Source: Felis catus (taxonomy: Eukaryota). Taken from it: DNA of 64,000 nucleotides. Location of the stretch: NCBI RefSeq assembly GCF_018350175.1, contig NC_058368.1, positions 68,698,001-68,762,000 on the forward strand, read 5' to 3'. The notes under the pieces were generated by a model. It did not search any database and was not told where the DNA came from. It saw only the letters and a list, made by a program, of their open reading frames with translations. Position numbers and translations under genes: made by a program. Of this stretch, positions 11,711 through 24,981 are shown piece after piece. Position 1 is the stretch's first letter. Each line of letters starts with the position of its first letter.

Positions 11711-12658
11711 TTCAAGATGGAAGTAGTACATTTTGCTTTTTTAAGATGAAACTAAATGTTTTAATAGGAGAAGAACCACAATACTTCTTTGTTTCTATGG
11801 GGAAGGAAACATACACATGTATATGTTTATGTACACATACATGCCTATGTACATATCTGCATGTGTGTGTGTCTAGGCTTATATGTATATACTGGGTCTC
11901 TATGCATGTATATATGTATACACACATACATAAATATTCTCCTTTTCCTAGATCATCTATCAACATGTCTACACAACCCACAGTGCACACAAATGAAACT
12001 AATAGGATCACAGCTATGGGACACGTAAGGCCTTCTAACCAATTTTCAGCAAATGGTTATGGATGTTTACTTTTGAAACCACATACACTGCATGTGCAGC
12101 CAGCGATTCTGCATGGGCCACGCTCTGCCTGGTGCTTCTCCAGTAATACCTGGTTACACAGATGAGGGAGGAAAATAGCAGATATCCCAGCCTCGTATGT
12201 AATTTACCACTTCATCTGTGTTTGGGCAAAGGAGTTCAAACCATGAGTGTCCGCGGCATGTAAGGTGGCATGGGGCTCTGGCCACCTGCCTCAGCGGATC
12301 CCTTGCTTAGTTTCCATGTGCTGTGTTAGCATGACAGAAAGCAAGTCCAACTGGCCACAGTAGGTGACAGGAGCTGAGGCCCAGCCCTTCTTGAACCCAA
12401 CCCATGGCCTTGCTGCTGCTGACAACGTTCTGAGGAAATTTTCCAGCTCACTTGTCCTGTGTAAATAAATTTTAAAAAGAATCCATCATCAACAGTGATA
12501 GAAAAATGGTTTATGAAGACCAGAATAATTCCTTTTCCTTTGGATGGCACTTCACAGTTTATTCAGTATTTCACACACATTATTTTGTTTGCTCTCCACA
12601 ATAGTAGAGGAAGGAAATCAAAATGCGTTAAAAACAAAAAAGAAAAAACAAAAAACAA

Positions 12659-12890
12659 GGGTGCCTGGTGGCTTGGCTGGTTAAGCATCCGACTTGGTTC
12701 AGGTCAGGATCTCACATCTCGTGGGTTTGAGCCCCGCGTCAGGCTCTGTGATGAGAGCTCAGCCTGGAGCCTGCTTCAGATTCTGTGTCTCCCTCTTTAT
12801 CTCTCCTTGTTCTCTCTCTCTCTCTCTCTCTCTCGCTCTCTCTCTCTCAGAAATAAATACACATTAATTTTTTTTAATAAAAAAACAAAA
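12659..12890 (+). mobile_element. Can-SINE
   Basis: Head GGGTGCCTGGTGGCT, (CT)n and A tail. Confidence 0.92.
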
Positions 12891-12896
12891 AACCCA

Positions 12897-13100
12897 GGGG
12901 CCGCCTGAGTGGCTCAGTTGGTTAAATGGCAGGCTCTTGGCTTTCAGCTCAGGTCACAATCTTGTGGTTCATGGGATCGAGCTCTGTGGTGGGCTCCAAG
13001 CTGACGGTACACAGAGCCTGCTTCTGATTCTCTCTCTCCCTCTCTCTTTGCCCCCTCTACTCACACTTGCTCTCTCTCAGAAGTAAACTTAAAAAAAAAT
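12897..13100 (+). mobile_element. Can-SINE (tandem with the preceding copy)
   Basis: GGGGCCGCCTGAGTGGCTCAGTTGGTTAA head, CT tract and A tail. Confidence 0.9.
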
Positions 13101-13399
13101 GAAGAAAACAAGAATAGAGAGGTAAATTTGATTTCCCAAATTACTCGTGATAAGCCTGAAAAAGTGATATTTATTTTGGATCAGGTATTTATTCCAAAAC
13201 AGAGGGGCAATACAGTAGAAAAACAATGGGCTTAGAGACAGAAGGTATTTTAAGTTTGTCCACAGACATTGATAGGACCTGGACAAGTCATTTGCTTTCT
13301 TGGGCTTGATATTCTCATTGCTAAAAAAGAAGTATCTTCCCCTTGTATGTCCAAGGCGGTGGTGCATATGAAAGAAAATTGTCAGTTCTCAAGTGCTCT

Positions 13400-13628
13400 T
13401 TTTTTTTTTTTAATTCTTATAATGTTTATTAGTTTATTGTTGAGAGAGTAAGAGACAAGAGTGTGAGCAGGGCAGGGGCAGAGAGAGAGGGAGACACAGA
13501 ATCGGAAACAGGCTCCAGGCTCCGAGCTGCCAACACAGAGCTCGATGCAGGGCTTGAACCCATGAACCGAAAGATCATGACCTGAGCTGAAGTTGGACCC
13601 TTAACCGACTGAGCCACCCAGGCGTCCC
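13400..13628 (-). mobile_element. Can-SINE
   Basis: Poly-T, (GA)n and ...GACTGAGCCACCCAGGCGTCCC; flanking repeat AAGTGCTCT. Confidence 0.94.
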
Positions 13629-16600
13629 TGAAGTGCTCTGATAGGAACTGTCTGCCACCATGGTGAATGGCTGTAGTGTGCTGTGATGTTTGTTCTTCAG
13701 AGGCCAGTGTGACAGAGTTTGAAGCCGGAGTCGGAATTTACGGTGTCAGTAGAATACTTCAGCTCCGAACACCCGTATGCAAAGGGGAACATACTACACA
13801 TTCATACATCACGAACTGGCTTGCTGTTTTATTGTAACTTATCATCTGTTGGCTAAAATAGCTCCTACTGTTTTGATTTCTGGTGATAACACAAAGTTTT
13901 CATAAGAGATGGGCACTTTCATTAAAAATTGTCACATGAAACGGAAAATTTCTTCATTTACTTGGAAATCCGTGCCTGTAATGAAGTCATGCTGTTGTGT
14001 TAAAACAATGGAACGAGTAGTTCTGAGAAAAGAGCCGTCACCTGAACCATATGTATGCGTATTTTTAATTTACCTGAAGATGGTGTTCCGAAAGCTCCCT
14101 TTGGAGTTGGTTTGTTTGAGATTTAGAACGCAAGTTACACTGAAAAACATGCTATACGTGTCAGGCCAACCCAACCAATGACTGGGCACTCGTAGTGTGG
14201 GCAGGGTAGAAGAGTAATAATTCTGCTGTGTTTGGGATTAAAAGGAGTTTGGTGGACCAGCACGGTTATCTGTTCACTATGGGAAAGTGTTCTCACGAGT
14301 GGCAACTCAAGATGGCTGTGAGTACACATTCCCATTTTCACAAGCATTCGGGAAGACACACACCCCACCCCGCAGTGAGAGGCGTCCCCCGGGGAAGGAG
14401 ATTCCCTCTGTAGCTGTTCCAGGTACGTGGCACCCAGGATGGGAAGGGATGTTTCACTCTGCATCTGCGTGGCCTCTCAAAGGAAAAGAAGAAAATGCTG
14501 CACCTATGCTTTGAGGCTCAGTACAGGACATTTCTATTTATAGGACATTCATAATTTAGGTGTTTATAGGTCAGGGAGTGACTCTGATGTATTTCCTAAT
14601 TTCTATCCTCTGTTACTGACATATGAGACAGGCAGTCTTTAACTGTAAGATCTAACAACAAAAACAAAAACAAAAACAAAACAGAAATAACCTGGTCCTA
14701 GGATGGTCAGCCTTGTTACCATGGCAGCTTGGTTGGACATTTCAAGTTTAACATTCAAATCCTCAAACGGAAGAAAACCGTATAAGAGACTAACACCTTC
14801 AGATATGAAGGCAGACATGAGGTTGAAGGATATTTATTCAGGGGGAAAAAAGAGAGAAAACTTCATTGTTCATGCCTTCACGAAAAAGAAGCAGTTATTC
14901 AATTTAGCTTTTATCTGACCCTGCCCCTACCTTTCCAACGTTATTTTTGCTACTAGGATGGATAGGAGGACCCTGGGCTGTCACTAGAGAAGATAAGACC
15001 AGACCTGATCCACCAGGCAGGAATCAAGTGCAAACAATCAGAAGCAGAAGTGAGACTGAATAATTTGGAATTGAAAGCTGGGCTAATCCCAGAGCTTAAG
15101 AAAATAGTTAATACTTCAAGCGTTAGGCCACTGGGAAAGCAGAAGAGATTGAGTCCCTCAGTGCAGACCAAGGTGCCCATGAGTTGTTGAATCTGAATGA
15201 TCTCAGAGGTGCCCAGGTAAGCTGCCCTGTTTACCATCAATGGCTTGGCAGTCAGGAAACCAGGATCCAGAGAAGAGGCCAGAAAGAGCTTTTATTCACC
15301 AGAGGTTAGACTTATTCCACCTGCAGAGATTCTGATTCGATCGATTTATGGCAGGCCCAGGAACCTGTGGGCTACTCTTTGAAAAACACCGTACTAAGAG
15401 ATAGTTCTAGATTTCACCCACAAACAAGTGGGTCAGCTGTGACACCAACAAGGGAGTAAGTTAAGATCAAGGGGAGGTGAAGTCGAAGGGTGTACAGATG
15501 TCCAGTATCAATCAGCAGCTTCCCATGCTGGTTGAAGCCACCAAGGAAGCCAACAGAGAACGAATAAAAACTAGAACCATTCTGGACTTTGCTCCCAAGA
15601 CCATTTAATCAAGACAGACTCAATGAGTGTTTTGATGTAATAACTCTGCCCCAAGCTGCTGCGCATCCCTGCCCCACCCCACCAAGTCTGAAGAACCCTG
15701 ACATGATTTTAGCTGGGTGGTTACATAGAGGACAGGAACTGTTTTGAGAGAGGGTTGCAGCAGGGACCTGGTGTGGAGGGCTGGGCCAGATGGAGATGAT
15801 CAAGAGGGGGTCGGAAATGGAAAAAGTAACAGCAGCGTCACTGTTCAGAGGATGGGCACGTTCCTCTAAGTACCGTCTTCCTTAGAGAAGCCAGCCCTCG
15901 GGGAAGACGCACGCCATCCGCTGGCTTCGATTGTACTCAGCCAGTAGTCACATCCTGAGGGCCCTTAGGATAGTTGAAGGCAATATGTGGCAACACTAGA
16001 CAGGCAGGATGCTGAAAACTATGAGTGACGGACACTGAATTGATAGGGACACAAACTGGCTGGCTTCTCCTGGGATTAAAGCTGGTGGAATGGGGAGGAA
16101 GCACAGCACAGGGGTGAAGAGACACCTTCCACAGCCAAACTGAGTTTGGATCTTGGTGGTGGCGCTTCTTGGCTTGAGAAACAAACCATGGGCAAAACAC
16201 TTGAGTCTCTATTGTGTTGTCAGTCAAATGCAGATGATTACAGTTTCTACCTGTGGGGACTCAATGCCACCATCAGGGTCACGCGGCGGGAAGTTTTTGC
16301 ATAGACATTCCTTACAGCGGATGTTGCTGCATTATGAAGTTATTCGACTTCTCAGGCCTTTCTCTGTCAATCCACCTTCCTTTTCAAACACTCCCTGATT
16401 CACTCCTTGTAGCCTGTACCCACGCTGTGATCTGCTCTGTGCTTTGACGCTCTAACCCAAACTTGCTTTAAAATGAAGCTGTTTCCAAGGTTCATCTCTA
16501 CTCTGTCGTTTCCTCACCAACCATTCACCTGTGCCTCTACCCCCTCCCTGCCCCTCCAGCTGTTCTTTCCAGGGCCTCTGACCGTCTAATTGCCAAATCT

Positions 16601-16984
16601 GTGGGCACTTTGCAGGACGTCATCACCCCTGGCGCTGGCCATCCCCTTCCTCTATGGGCGTCTCTCCCTCCTTGCCGGCTCATCCATTTCATGAGTATAT
16701 CATACTTTCTCCACACCATGAAGCCATCTCTCCTGTCCACTGTGCCACTGTCCCACTGGCCTCGCCAGGGGCTCTGTGTTTCTCACCCGGGTCCATCTCT
16801 ATTGTGGTCATTTCCTCAGTGTGTTAGTGCAGCCTTCTTACCCTTAGAATGTAGAATCTTCCTCTGTCTGGAAGTCTTTCTACCTTTCCCTGCCTCCCAC
16901 ACACCCCACAAAGCTTAATAGATCCATCAAACTACAGGCAGGATTTTATTTTTAAAGTATAAATTTATTATGTCTCCTGTCCCA

Positions 16985-18130
16985 TGCAACCCACACGTAT
17001 CCACATTGCGGTAAATGGCTTCACGAACATGGTTCCGGCCCATATAGTTAGGAATCATCTGGGATCAAATGCTTTCTCCACATCCCCCAGCAATGCTGAC
17101 AGAAGACAAAACAGTGCTGCCTCCAAGGTATATCCACGTCTTACCATCTCTGCTATCGTCATCCAAGCCACATTGACTTCCTTCCTGGACAACTGCCATA
17201 TGCTTGCTCTTCCTGCTTCCATTCTTGCCTACCTGCAGTCCCTTCTTCACCTAGTAGCCAGGGTCATGTCATGTCAGCTCACTGTTCACTGCCTTGAAAT
17301 GCCTTCATTTAGCATCTTTAATGGACTTTAAAACTTTTTATCCTGGACTTCACAGCCTCCCCTGATCTGACTCCTGATGACTTTTCCAAAAACATCTTCG
17401 GTCCCTCTCCTCCCTCTTGCTATGCTCCAGGCTCACTGATCTTTTAGTTTCTGGAGCAAGTATAGCTCCTTACCTGTCTCCAGGCATAATGTTACCTGGA
17501 ACATCCTTCTGGAACATTCTTTCCTCCATTCTGTGTATAACTGAATCTTTCTCAGCTTTCAGGCCTTTCCTTCAGTGACGCCTCCTTAAACGTGTCTTTC
17601 TCTGAACACCTCACCCAAAATTCATTCTCCTGACCCATTACTCTCCATGCCAGTACTTTATTTCTTTTATAACATTAATCATAATTTGTACTGACTTTAC
17701 TCATTAAAACTGTTTTTCCGGGGCTCCTGGGTGGCTCAGTCGGTTGAGCGTCCAACTTCGGCTGAGGTCATGATCTCACAGCTCGTGAGTTCGACCCCCG
17801 CGTCGGGCTCTGTGCTAACAGCTCGGAGCCTGGAGTCTGCTTTGGATTCTTTGTCTCCCTCTCTCTCTCTGCCCTAACCCACTCGCATTCTATCTCTGTC
17901 TCTCTCAAAAATAAATAAACATTAAAAAAAATTTTTAAACAAAAAAAACACACACAAAAAACCCAAAAAACTGTTTTTCTTTCAGTGCACACCCCACTTC
18001 CTTTAGAATCTAAGTTCCACAAGGATAGAGACCTTTCCTACTTGGCTCACCTTTGTATCCTCAGTGCCTAGCACACACCCCACCCATGGGTAGGCTCCTT
18101 AAATACTTGTTATATGACCAGATGAATTAA
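16985..18130 (+). mobile_element. L2 3' region (split by a SINE)
   Basis: GGTATATCCACGTCTTACCATCTCTGCTA...CCAAGCCACATT...CCTGGACAACTGC...TTAGAATCTAAGTTCCACAAGGATAGAGACC...TGTATCCTCAGTGCCTAGCACA...GTAGGCTCCTTAAATACTTG. Confidence 0.8.
17720..17966 (+). mobile_element. Can-SINE inserted in an L2
   Basis: Canonical head and tail; TSD AAAACTGTTTTTC (17706-17718, 17967-17979). Confidence 0.95.
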
Positions 18131-20638
18131 CCTGATTAAAACCTGCAGGGGTCTCCAGAAATTACACAGAGTAATTTCTGTACACAAAGTAACACAGTGC
18201 AGATCAGAGCCCTTGACACACAAAGTCCTGTCCACCCACCCAGGCCCTTATGCTGACACCCCTAAGCTTGGTGCTGTGGCCATAGCAATCCCTAGCAGAC
18301 CTCTAAATGGAACATCCTGTCTCAGGACACTACTCCTGGAATATTTTGCCTGTGTCCTTGTCCTCCTTGAGAACTCAGGCATTATCTCCTCTATGATTTC
18401 AACCACTTTCCCCTTCCCCCAAAGATGCCAGCTGACACCCTCATAACCCCTCATATTCCTCCACTATGGCACGGCTGTCTATTTGGAGCTGTTTGTCTCT
18501 CCCCAATCCCGCTCTCCTTTGCACTGCGTGTGCTTCAAGGGCATATTATTTGTCACCATATTATCAGAATCTAGCTCCTTAGCACATAATTGGTGCTCAG
18601 AAAATTTTGTCCGATAAATATCCCTCTCTGGGAGCTTCTTAGAACAACTATATCAGACTGCTCGTATATGAGTCTTACTGAAGTCAATATGTTGACAATT
18701 TTAGACTAGAAATTCAATATGGCGTATAGGGTGAATTAGCATGATGTAAGCCATGGTACTAAAATTATATATAATAGCGTAATTGTGCCTGGTATCAGAC
18801 AATTAGATGTGATAAGTGACTTTAAAAGGTTTTAGGTGCATTTTCACTAAGGGTTGATTCTTTGTCATCTTGGGCATTTTTAATATTGCCAATTGACATG
18901 TTACTTGGTGATAATCCATTTTAGTTATGGAGACTCATATTCTATAGCACGTTGTTTTTCTCTCTAACGGCACAGCAAATGTTGCTGCACACATTCATTT
19001 CACTGGACAGCATCAGTCAAAGGTAACCAGAGCATAATCTCAAAGGGTTTCCATCGTCTCGGCAAGACAAATGCGTATAAGTGGCTACGTTTGTCTCAGC
19101 CTAGAGAACATTAATTTTCAAACAATTTTGACCTTAATCTTTCCCACGCTGTGTCCTATATTAATCCCATAAACAGTAACAAATATAAACTACCTTTTTG
19201 TGCCTTGCATGGTTGGAGCTCTGTTTCTCCAGCAGGCTCCGTGGGCATGATCGAAACCTCAAAGATGGAGAAATGACTGTCTAGAGGGAGGTGGATCCAG
19301 CTGATACAGGGAGTGAACGGCGTTGCATACAGCTGTAATCCAGCAACCATTTTTACACAGAAATATGAAGATTGCACTGCGTGTGAATTACCTTAGATGG
19401 TGTTAGGGGGCATCAGACTACAGAGTCCCTACCCTTTAATTTTTTTTTTCTTGTATTAGTTTATTTAAAATTTGTAAATTACACGAGGTTGGTTTTAGCT
19501 TCCCAGTTTAGATATTAGGAGATTGTAGTTCCAAGATTTGCAGTGGAATTTGCTCCGTGGCAGACCTGGGGTTTTAGCACAAATCTGTTCAGTTGTACAA
19601 ATCCACTCTGTTAGCCACTGCACCATACTGCTTCTCTAGGCTGCCCCCTGATGCCCAGGGCTCCTGTCTCAGGGCCTGACAGAGAACGTCCTTCCCTGGC
19701 TGGCACTGGAAGGTCTGGGCAGAATGCCCTGCCCCCCCAGGATTGGGTCCTGCACTCTCATGAGGAGAGCCTCGTGTGTGCTACCCTTTGAGTTTTTGCT
19801 GCCACTTAGAAATTGCTTAGCACTCCAGTTACCTAAGGAAGCAGAATCCAATTTAAATAGTTCAGAAGGCTTTAAAGAAGGTACTGACTACAAAGGTGAA
19901 GTCAGGGTAAAGACAGCCTATAGGAGATGTGAGGCAGAGTGGGAAACCAATCTCTCTCCTGGCTGAGGGCAAGGAAGAGGGGCTCAGCCAGCCCTGGAGC
20001 TATGAAGGGTCACAGTCACTTCCAGAAATGAGCTTCAAAATGATGAAGGAAAATACCTCCTTCCAGGTGTCCAAGTGATGCAGTCCACAGAGGATCAACT
20101 CCAGGGCCCAGAAAGGTGAGGCTGAAGGAGAAGCAAAAGGAGAAAAAAAAGTTAAATTCCACAATTCTAATTACTAGGATCCCCGCTCCCTGATCCCCTC
20201 ACACAGTTTTTTTTTTTTTTGAAACTTCCTCATTTCCAGCATATTCTTTGCCACCTTACAAACCCCCAGCCTAGAAACCTGCAGTTTAAATTGAATGTCT
20301 CTCTAATGTCCCTTTTGTGATCTTTGTTATTCAGATTGTTTACATAGATCAAGGGTCACCAATTACTTTGCCCCTCGAGCTAGATTGTGGAATGCCAGGA
20401 AATTGCTTTCAGTGATACTGCAAATTAAAAAGCAGAGTCACAGAACCTCAAAAGACATTGATTACCCAGCCTGCTACTTGACTGAGGGAGGTCAGACAGC
20501 TCCCACCTACACTCTGGTACCTGTAAACTCAGCGAAACGTTTTTCTCTAGTTCGAATAACAAATAACACTGCATTTCTCACGGAGATACACTGCCTGGAG
20601 ACCATGCTTCTAGTTTTGTTTAAAAAGTTACTGTTCCT

Positions 20639-20865
20639 GGGGTGCCTGGGTGGCTCAGTTGGTTAAGCGTCTGATTTCAACTCAGGTCATGATCTCACAG
20701 TCCGTGAGTTCGAGCCCCACGTCGGGCTCTGTGCTGACAGCTCAGAGCCTGGAGCCTGCTTCAAATTCTGTGTCCCTCTCTCTCTGCCCCTCCCCTGCTC
20801 ATGCTCTGTCTCTATCTGTCTCAAGAATAAATAAAAATATTTAAAAAAATAAAAAATAAAAAAAT
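20639..20865 (+). mobile_element. Can-SINE
   Basis: TSD AAAAAGTTACTGTTC (20622-20636, 20866-20880). Confidence 0.95.
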
Positions 20866-21634
20866 AAAAAGTTACTGTTCTTTGCCCGCACATTCTGAAT
20901 CACATCCTCCCCCTTTTACTAAATCACAACAAACTGCAGAATGAATTCATGATCTCTGCGGTAGATTCACATTTTTGTACGTGAAATGAGCCATTACACA
21001 TCCGTGGCTAAAAAGAGGATTTCTGCAATTCCTAGTTACTGAGTTTCTACGTTTATTCCATTAGTGTGTCAAACTCCGCTTTCTGTTTATTCATTTTCCC
21101 GGAATAGTATTGATAATCTCTCGAAAGTATGCTGCCGTAACCCGGTTTTCTTTTCGTTTGCCATCGAGATCGTTTTTGATTTGTTCAAACATTTTTTTCG
21201 ATTAACCATTTTTTTTTCCAGTCAGTTGTGCTCATTCTCTATGCTCTCATCTTGTACTTTTAACTCTCCTGATAAAAATCATTTGAACAAAATATTTGTG
21301 TTCTTTTATCTACAGATGTACCGTTACTTTATTTGAAGTATTTATGAGCCCCCTAATTTTGATTTCACTAATGTAATGTTTCCTTAGAGAATAATATTAA
21401 CGGGCATTTGGATGATATTAGGGCCCAATTAAAGTAGCTAAGGTTGTTAACTCCTTAAACATTTGCCTGATTTTTACCCTTAGTTGTTTTTTTTTTGGTG
21501 TTTTGTTTTGTTTTGTTTTTTCCACTGTGGTTATGTGTTGAGCCCCTAGTTCTATGCTGGATGCAAAGGTTAAGCCAGAACACATCCTGCTGTGTCATGA
21601 AGATTTTAGTATAAACAAGACTACGCAAATTGTA

Positions 21635-22575
21635 TCACCTGCCCAGACCTCTGCACCGAAATTAGACCCACATTTAGCTGCCTTCTATTGAGTGTCCAGT
21701 GGGTATCTCAGACCGAGCAAACTTTTCATTTCCCTCCACTAATGTGCTTCTAACCTCAGTTCTCCCTTTCTCAGTGAATGGCAATTCCATCCTTCTAAGA
21801 ACTCAGGCCAGAATCCTTGGAGCCATCTTATTCTATCCCATTCCACAACAGTCTTCCAGAGAGAGCCATTGGTTCTATCTCCAGACTCCCATTCTATTCC
21901 AAGCCACCGCTGTCTCTTGTCTAATAATCAGTAGGCTTCTTACTTAATAATCAGTAAGTACAGTAGGCTCCCACCGTTGCCCCCCTATTGCCTGCCCTCA
22001 ATGCATGAATCAGAGCATGACACTTCTCTGCTCAAAATGCTCCAGGGGCCTTATGTGTGACTCAAAGTAAAAGCAAAAGACCTCACAAATTGCTTGCATA
22101 AGGTCCAACATGATTTGCCTTTGCTACTTCTCTGGCCTGTTCACTTCCACTTTCCCTCTTCCCATGTGTGTTGAGCATACTGGTCTCCTGGCTGTTTCTA
22201 GAATGCACCAAGCCTGCTTCTGCTTCGGGTCTTTGCAGAGTGCTGTTCTCTCTTCCTAGAATATTTGTCCACCAGAGACCCAGTAGCTGGTCCCTTACTT
22301 CTTTCACCTCTTAACTACCACCTTGTCGGAAAACCCTTCCCTTCCCACCCTATTGAAAATCAACAATTCCTATCTTTTTTGACAGTTCCTATTGATCTTC
22401 CTTTTCTCTGTAGCAGCTGTCAGCACCTTACGTATTATATATGCACTCTTTAATACGATGTCTTCCTGCTAGAATGCAAGCTCCATGAGGGCAAGGAGTC
22501 TGCCTGCTGTCCTCCTTGCTGTATCACGACATGAAGGTCAGTGCCTGGTACAGAATAGGCACCTAAGAAACAGTT
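21635..22575 (+). mobile_element. L2 3' region
   Basis: CCCAGACCTCT...TCTCAGTGAATGGCAATTCCATCCTTC...CTAGAATGCAAGCTCCATGAGGGCAAGGAG...CAGTGCCTGGTACAGAATAGGCACC. Confidence 0.85.
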
Positions 22576-22599
22576 TAAAATTCATTAGTTACATTAAAA

Positions 22600-22787
22600 A
22601 TAGAAATATCATAATTCCACCTCGGGGTATTTACCCAAAGGAAATGAAACCACTAACTTGAAAAGATATATGCACCCCAGTGTTTATTGCAGCATTATTT
22701 ACAAGAGCCAAGGTATGGAAGCAGTGAAGGTATCCAAGGATAGATGAATGGATGAAAGTGTGGTGTGTGTATATTTATATATATATG

Positions 22788-22833
<46 letters not shown>

Positions 22834-23166
22834 ATGTGGTATAATGTGGCATAATGTGATTGATATATATAATGAAATACTACTTAGCCATAAAAATGAA
22901 TGAGATCTTGCCATTTGCAATAACATGGGTTGACCTAGAGCATGTCATGCTAAGTGAAGTAAGTCAGGGACAGAGACAAATACCATATTATGTCTCTTAT
23001 ATGTAGAATCTAAAAAGCAAAACAGATGAATGAACAAAACAGAAAGAGACTTGAACAAGCTGGTGGCTGGCAGAGGGGAGGGGTGGGGGGTGGTGAAAGA
23101 GGTGAAGGGGATTAAGAGGTATAAGATTTCAGTTATAAACGAAATAAGTCACAGGATATAAAGTAC
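22600..23166 (+). mobile_element. Older L1 3' end (carnivore/L1MA-type) with internal TA/TG microsatellite
   Basis: GGTATTTACCCAAAGGAAATGAAA...TGCACCCCAGTGTTTATTGCAGCATTATTTACAA...GAGATCTTGCCATTTGCAATAACATGG...ATGCTAAGTGAAGTAAGTCAG. Confidence 0.92.
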
Positions 23167-23337
23167 GGTTGTTGAATGAATGAATAAGCATAGGCATGGA
23201 CGACCATTGCTAAATGTTGAGTGTATGATTGCTACCCAAGCCGTCTGAGACAAGCGTTGTGTGCGTGGACACAGACATCACTTCTGGCTACAAAGACCAA
23301 GGGCAGGTCATGCCTGAGGGACCTTTGACCCACTTTT

Positions 23338-23546
23338 TTTAAATGTCTATTTATTTGTTTTCAGAGAGAGAGGGCTCGTGCATGAGCGGGTGAGGAGCAG
23401 AGAAGGTGGGGGGAGAGAGAATCCCAAACAGGCTCCACACTGTCAGTGCAGAGCCCGATTTGGGGCTCAAACTCACCAACCATGAGCTCATGACCTGAGC
23501 CAAAATCAAGAGTCAGACGCTTAACCGACTGAGCCACCCAGGCACC
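23338..23546 (-). mobile_element. Can-SINE
   Basis: TSD TTGA(C/T)CCACTTTT (23325-23337, 23547-23559). Confidence 0.93.
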
Positions 23547-23574
23547 TTGATCCACTTTTCGATAGAATGGAAGG

Positions 23575-23750
23575 CCGGCAGCACAGTGGTTGAAAGTTTA
23601 AGCTTTCTGTCAGACAGGCCTGGATTCAAATCCTGACCTTGCCACTTACAAGTTACGTGGCTTTCAGTAGGTCACCTCATCTTTCTCTGTGCCTCCATTT
23701 TCTTAACTGGAAATGCAGTATAATGCCTGTGTCCTAGAGTTCATGTGAAG
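23575..23750 (+). mobile_element. MIR
   Basis: GTCAGACAGGCCTGGATTCAAATCCTGACCTTGCCACTTAC...TCTCTGTGCCTCCATTTTCTTAACTGGAAATG core. Confidence 0.85.
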
Positions 23751-24104
23751 ACTGAAGGGGTTCGTATATGTCACAGGTCGCTGGGGCCTGGCATGAAAGG
23801 CACACTTCGATGGATGGTTGGTCTTTCAAGACAAGTCCCCTGGGTGTGGAGACCAGGGAAAACACAGCCTGTGGCCTGTGCCAAGCAGAGTGTCTGGTCT
23901 TTCTGGACATGCATGAGGAACTTGAGATAAAGACGAAGAGGAGATGGTCGTGACCTGACCCCTAAAGACCTCGGATGGCAGCCATGGGTGTGAACTTAAC
24001 ACCGAGGCACCAGGGAGTCATGGAAGGCATCGCACAGGGGCATGGCTAGAATGACATGATTCCGGTCAGTGTGGAGGAAGGACAGAGATATATCTGTGTG
24101 CAAG

Positions 24105-24325
24105 TTACCAGTGAAGCATGGAATCTAGGAGACAAACCTGGCCTTCAGCCCCAGCTCTGCAAGATACTTGCAAGTTACTTAATCTCTCCAAGACCCAGTC
24201 TGTTCATCTGCTTCCTGGAGGCACTAAAGGTGCCTACATCATAGAGTTGATAGGAAGATTAATTGAGTTAATATGTATAAAAAGCTTAGATTGTTCTGGT
24301 ATATGGAAAGCACTCTCTTAGCTAT
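24105..24325 (+). mobile_element. MIR
   Basis: CCCAGCTCTGC...TTGCAAGTTACTTAATCTCTCCAAGACCCAGTCTGTTCATCTG...CCTACATCATAGAGTTG. Confidence 0.75.
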
Positions 24326-24772
24326 TTTCAGAGCTTCACTAGGGTACTGACATTGGGCATTGGGTGAGAAAGAAGAGGACAAATTCTGAAGACATTTTCC
24401 AGAAGGACCCAGGTCTTTCAACCACTTAGAATTGAAGAGCATTCTGGCTTGCTCTCAGGCACCTGCATCAGCCAATATTCTTCATTACAAGTAAGAGAAT
24501 TTGCCCTCATTGGATTAAGTGTTTGATCCTGCCTATGTAGCTCATAAGATCTTCAGAAAGTCCAAAGAATCAGGCCCAGAGACTGTTTAGCAGGAACCAT
24601 GCACAGAGCATGCTGCAAAGACCACACTGGTTCCATTGGGAGCAGACACCATGATTCACGCCTCGGAACTGGGCAACAGAAGTCAGAGCCTCTACCCTTG
24701 CTGTCCAAAAGCAGCTAACTGCCACCTTTGCCAAAAAAGGGAATTTAATTTATTTTTAGAGAATTCTGGGGG

Positions 24773-24981
24773 TTTTTTAAGTTTATTTATTTATTTTTGA
24801 GAGAGAGAGGAGGGAGGGGCAGAGTGAGAGAGAGAGTCAGAGAGAGAGAGGGAATACCAAGCAGGCTGTGTGCTGTCAGCGTGGAACCTGACACGGGGCT
24901 CAGTCCCACAAACCGTGAAATCATGACCTGAGCAGAAACCAAGAATCTAATGCTTACCCTACTGAGCCACCCGGGCGCCCC
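24773..24981 (-). mobile_element. Can-SINE
   Basis: TTTATTTATTTTTGAGAGAG...ACTGAGCCACCCGGGCGCCCC. Confidence 0.92.
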
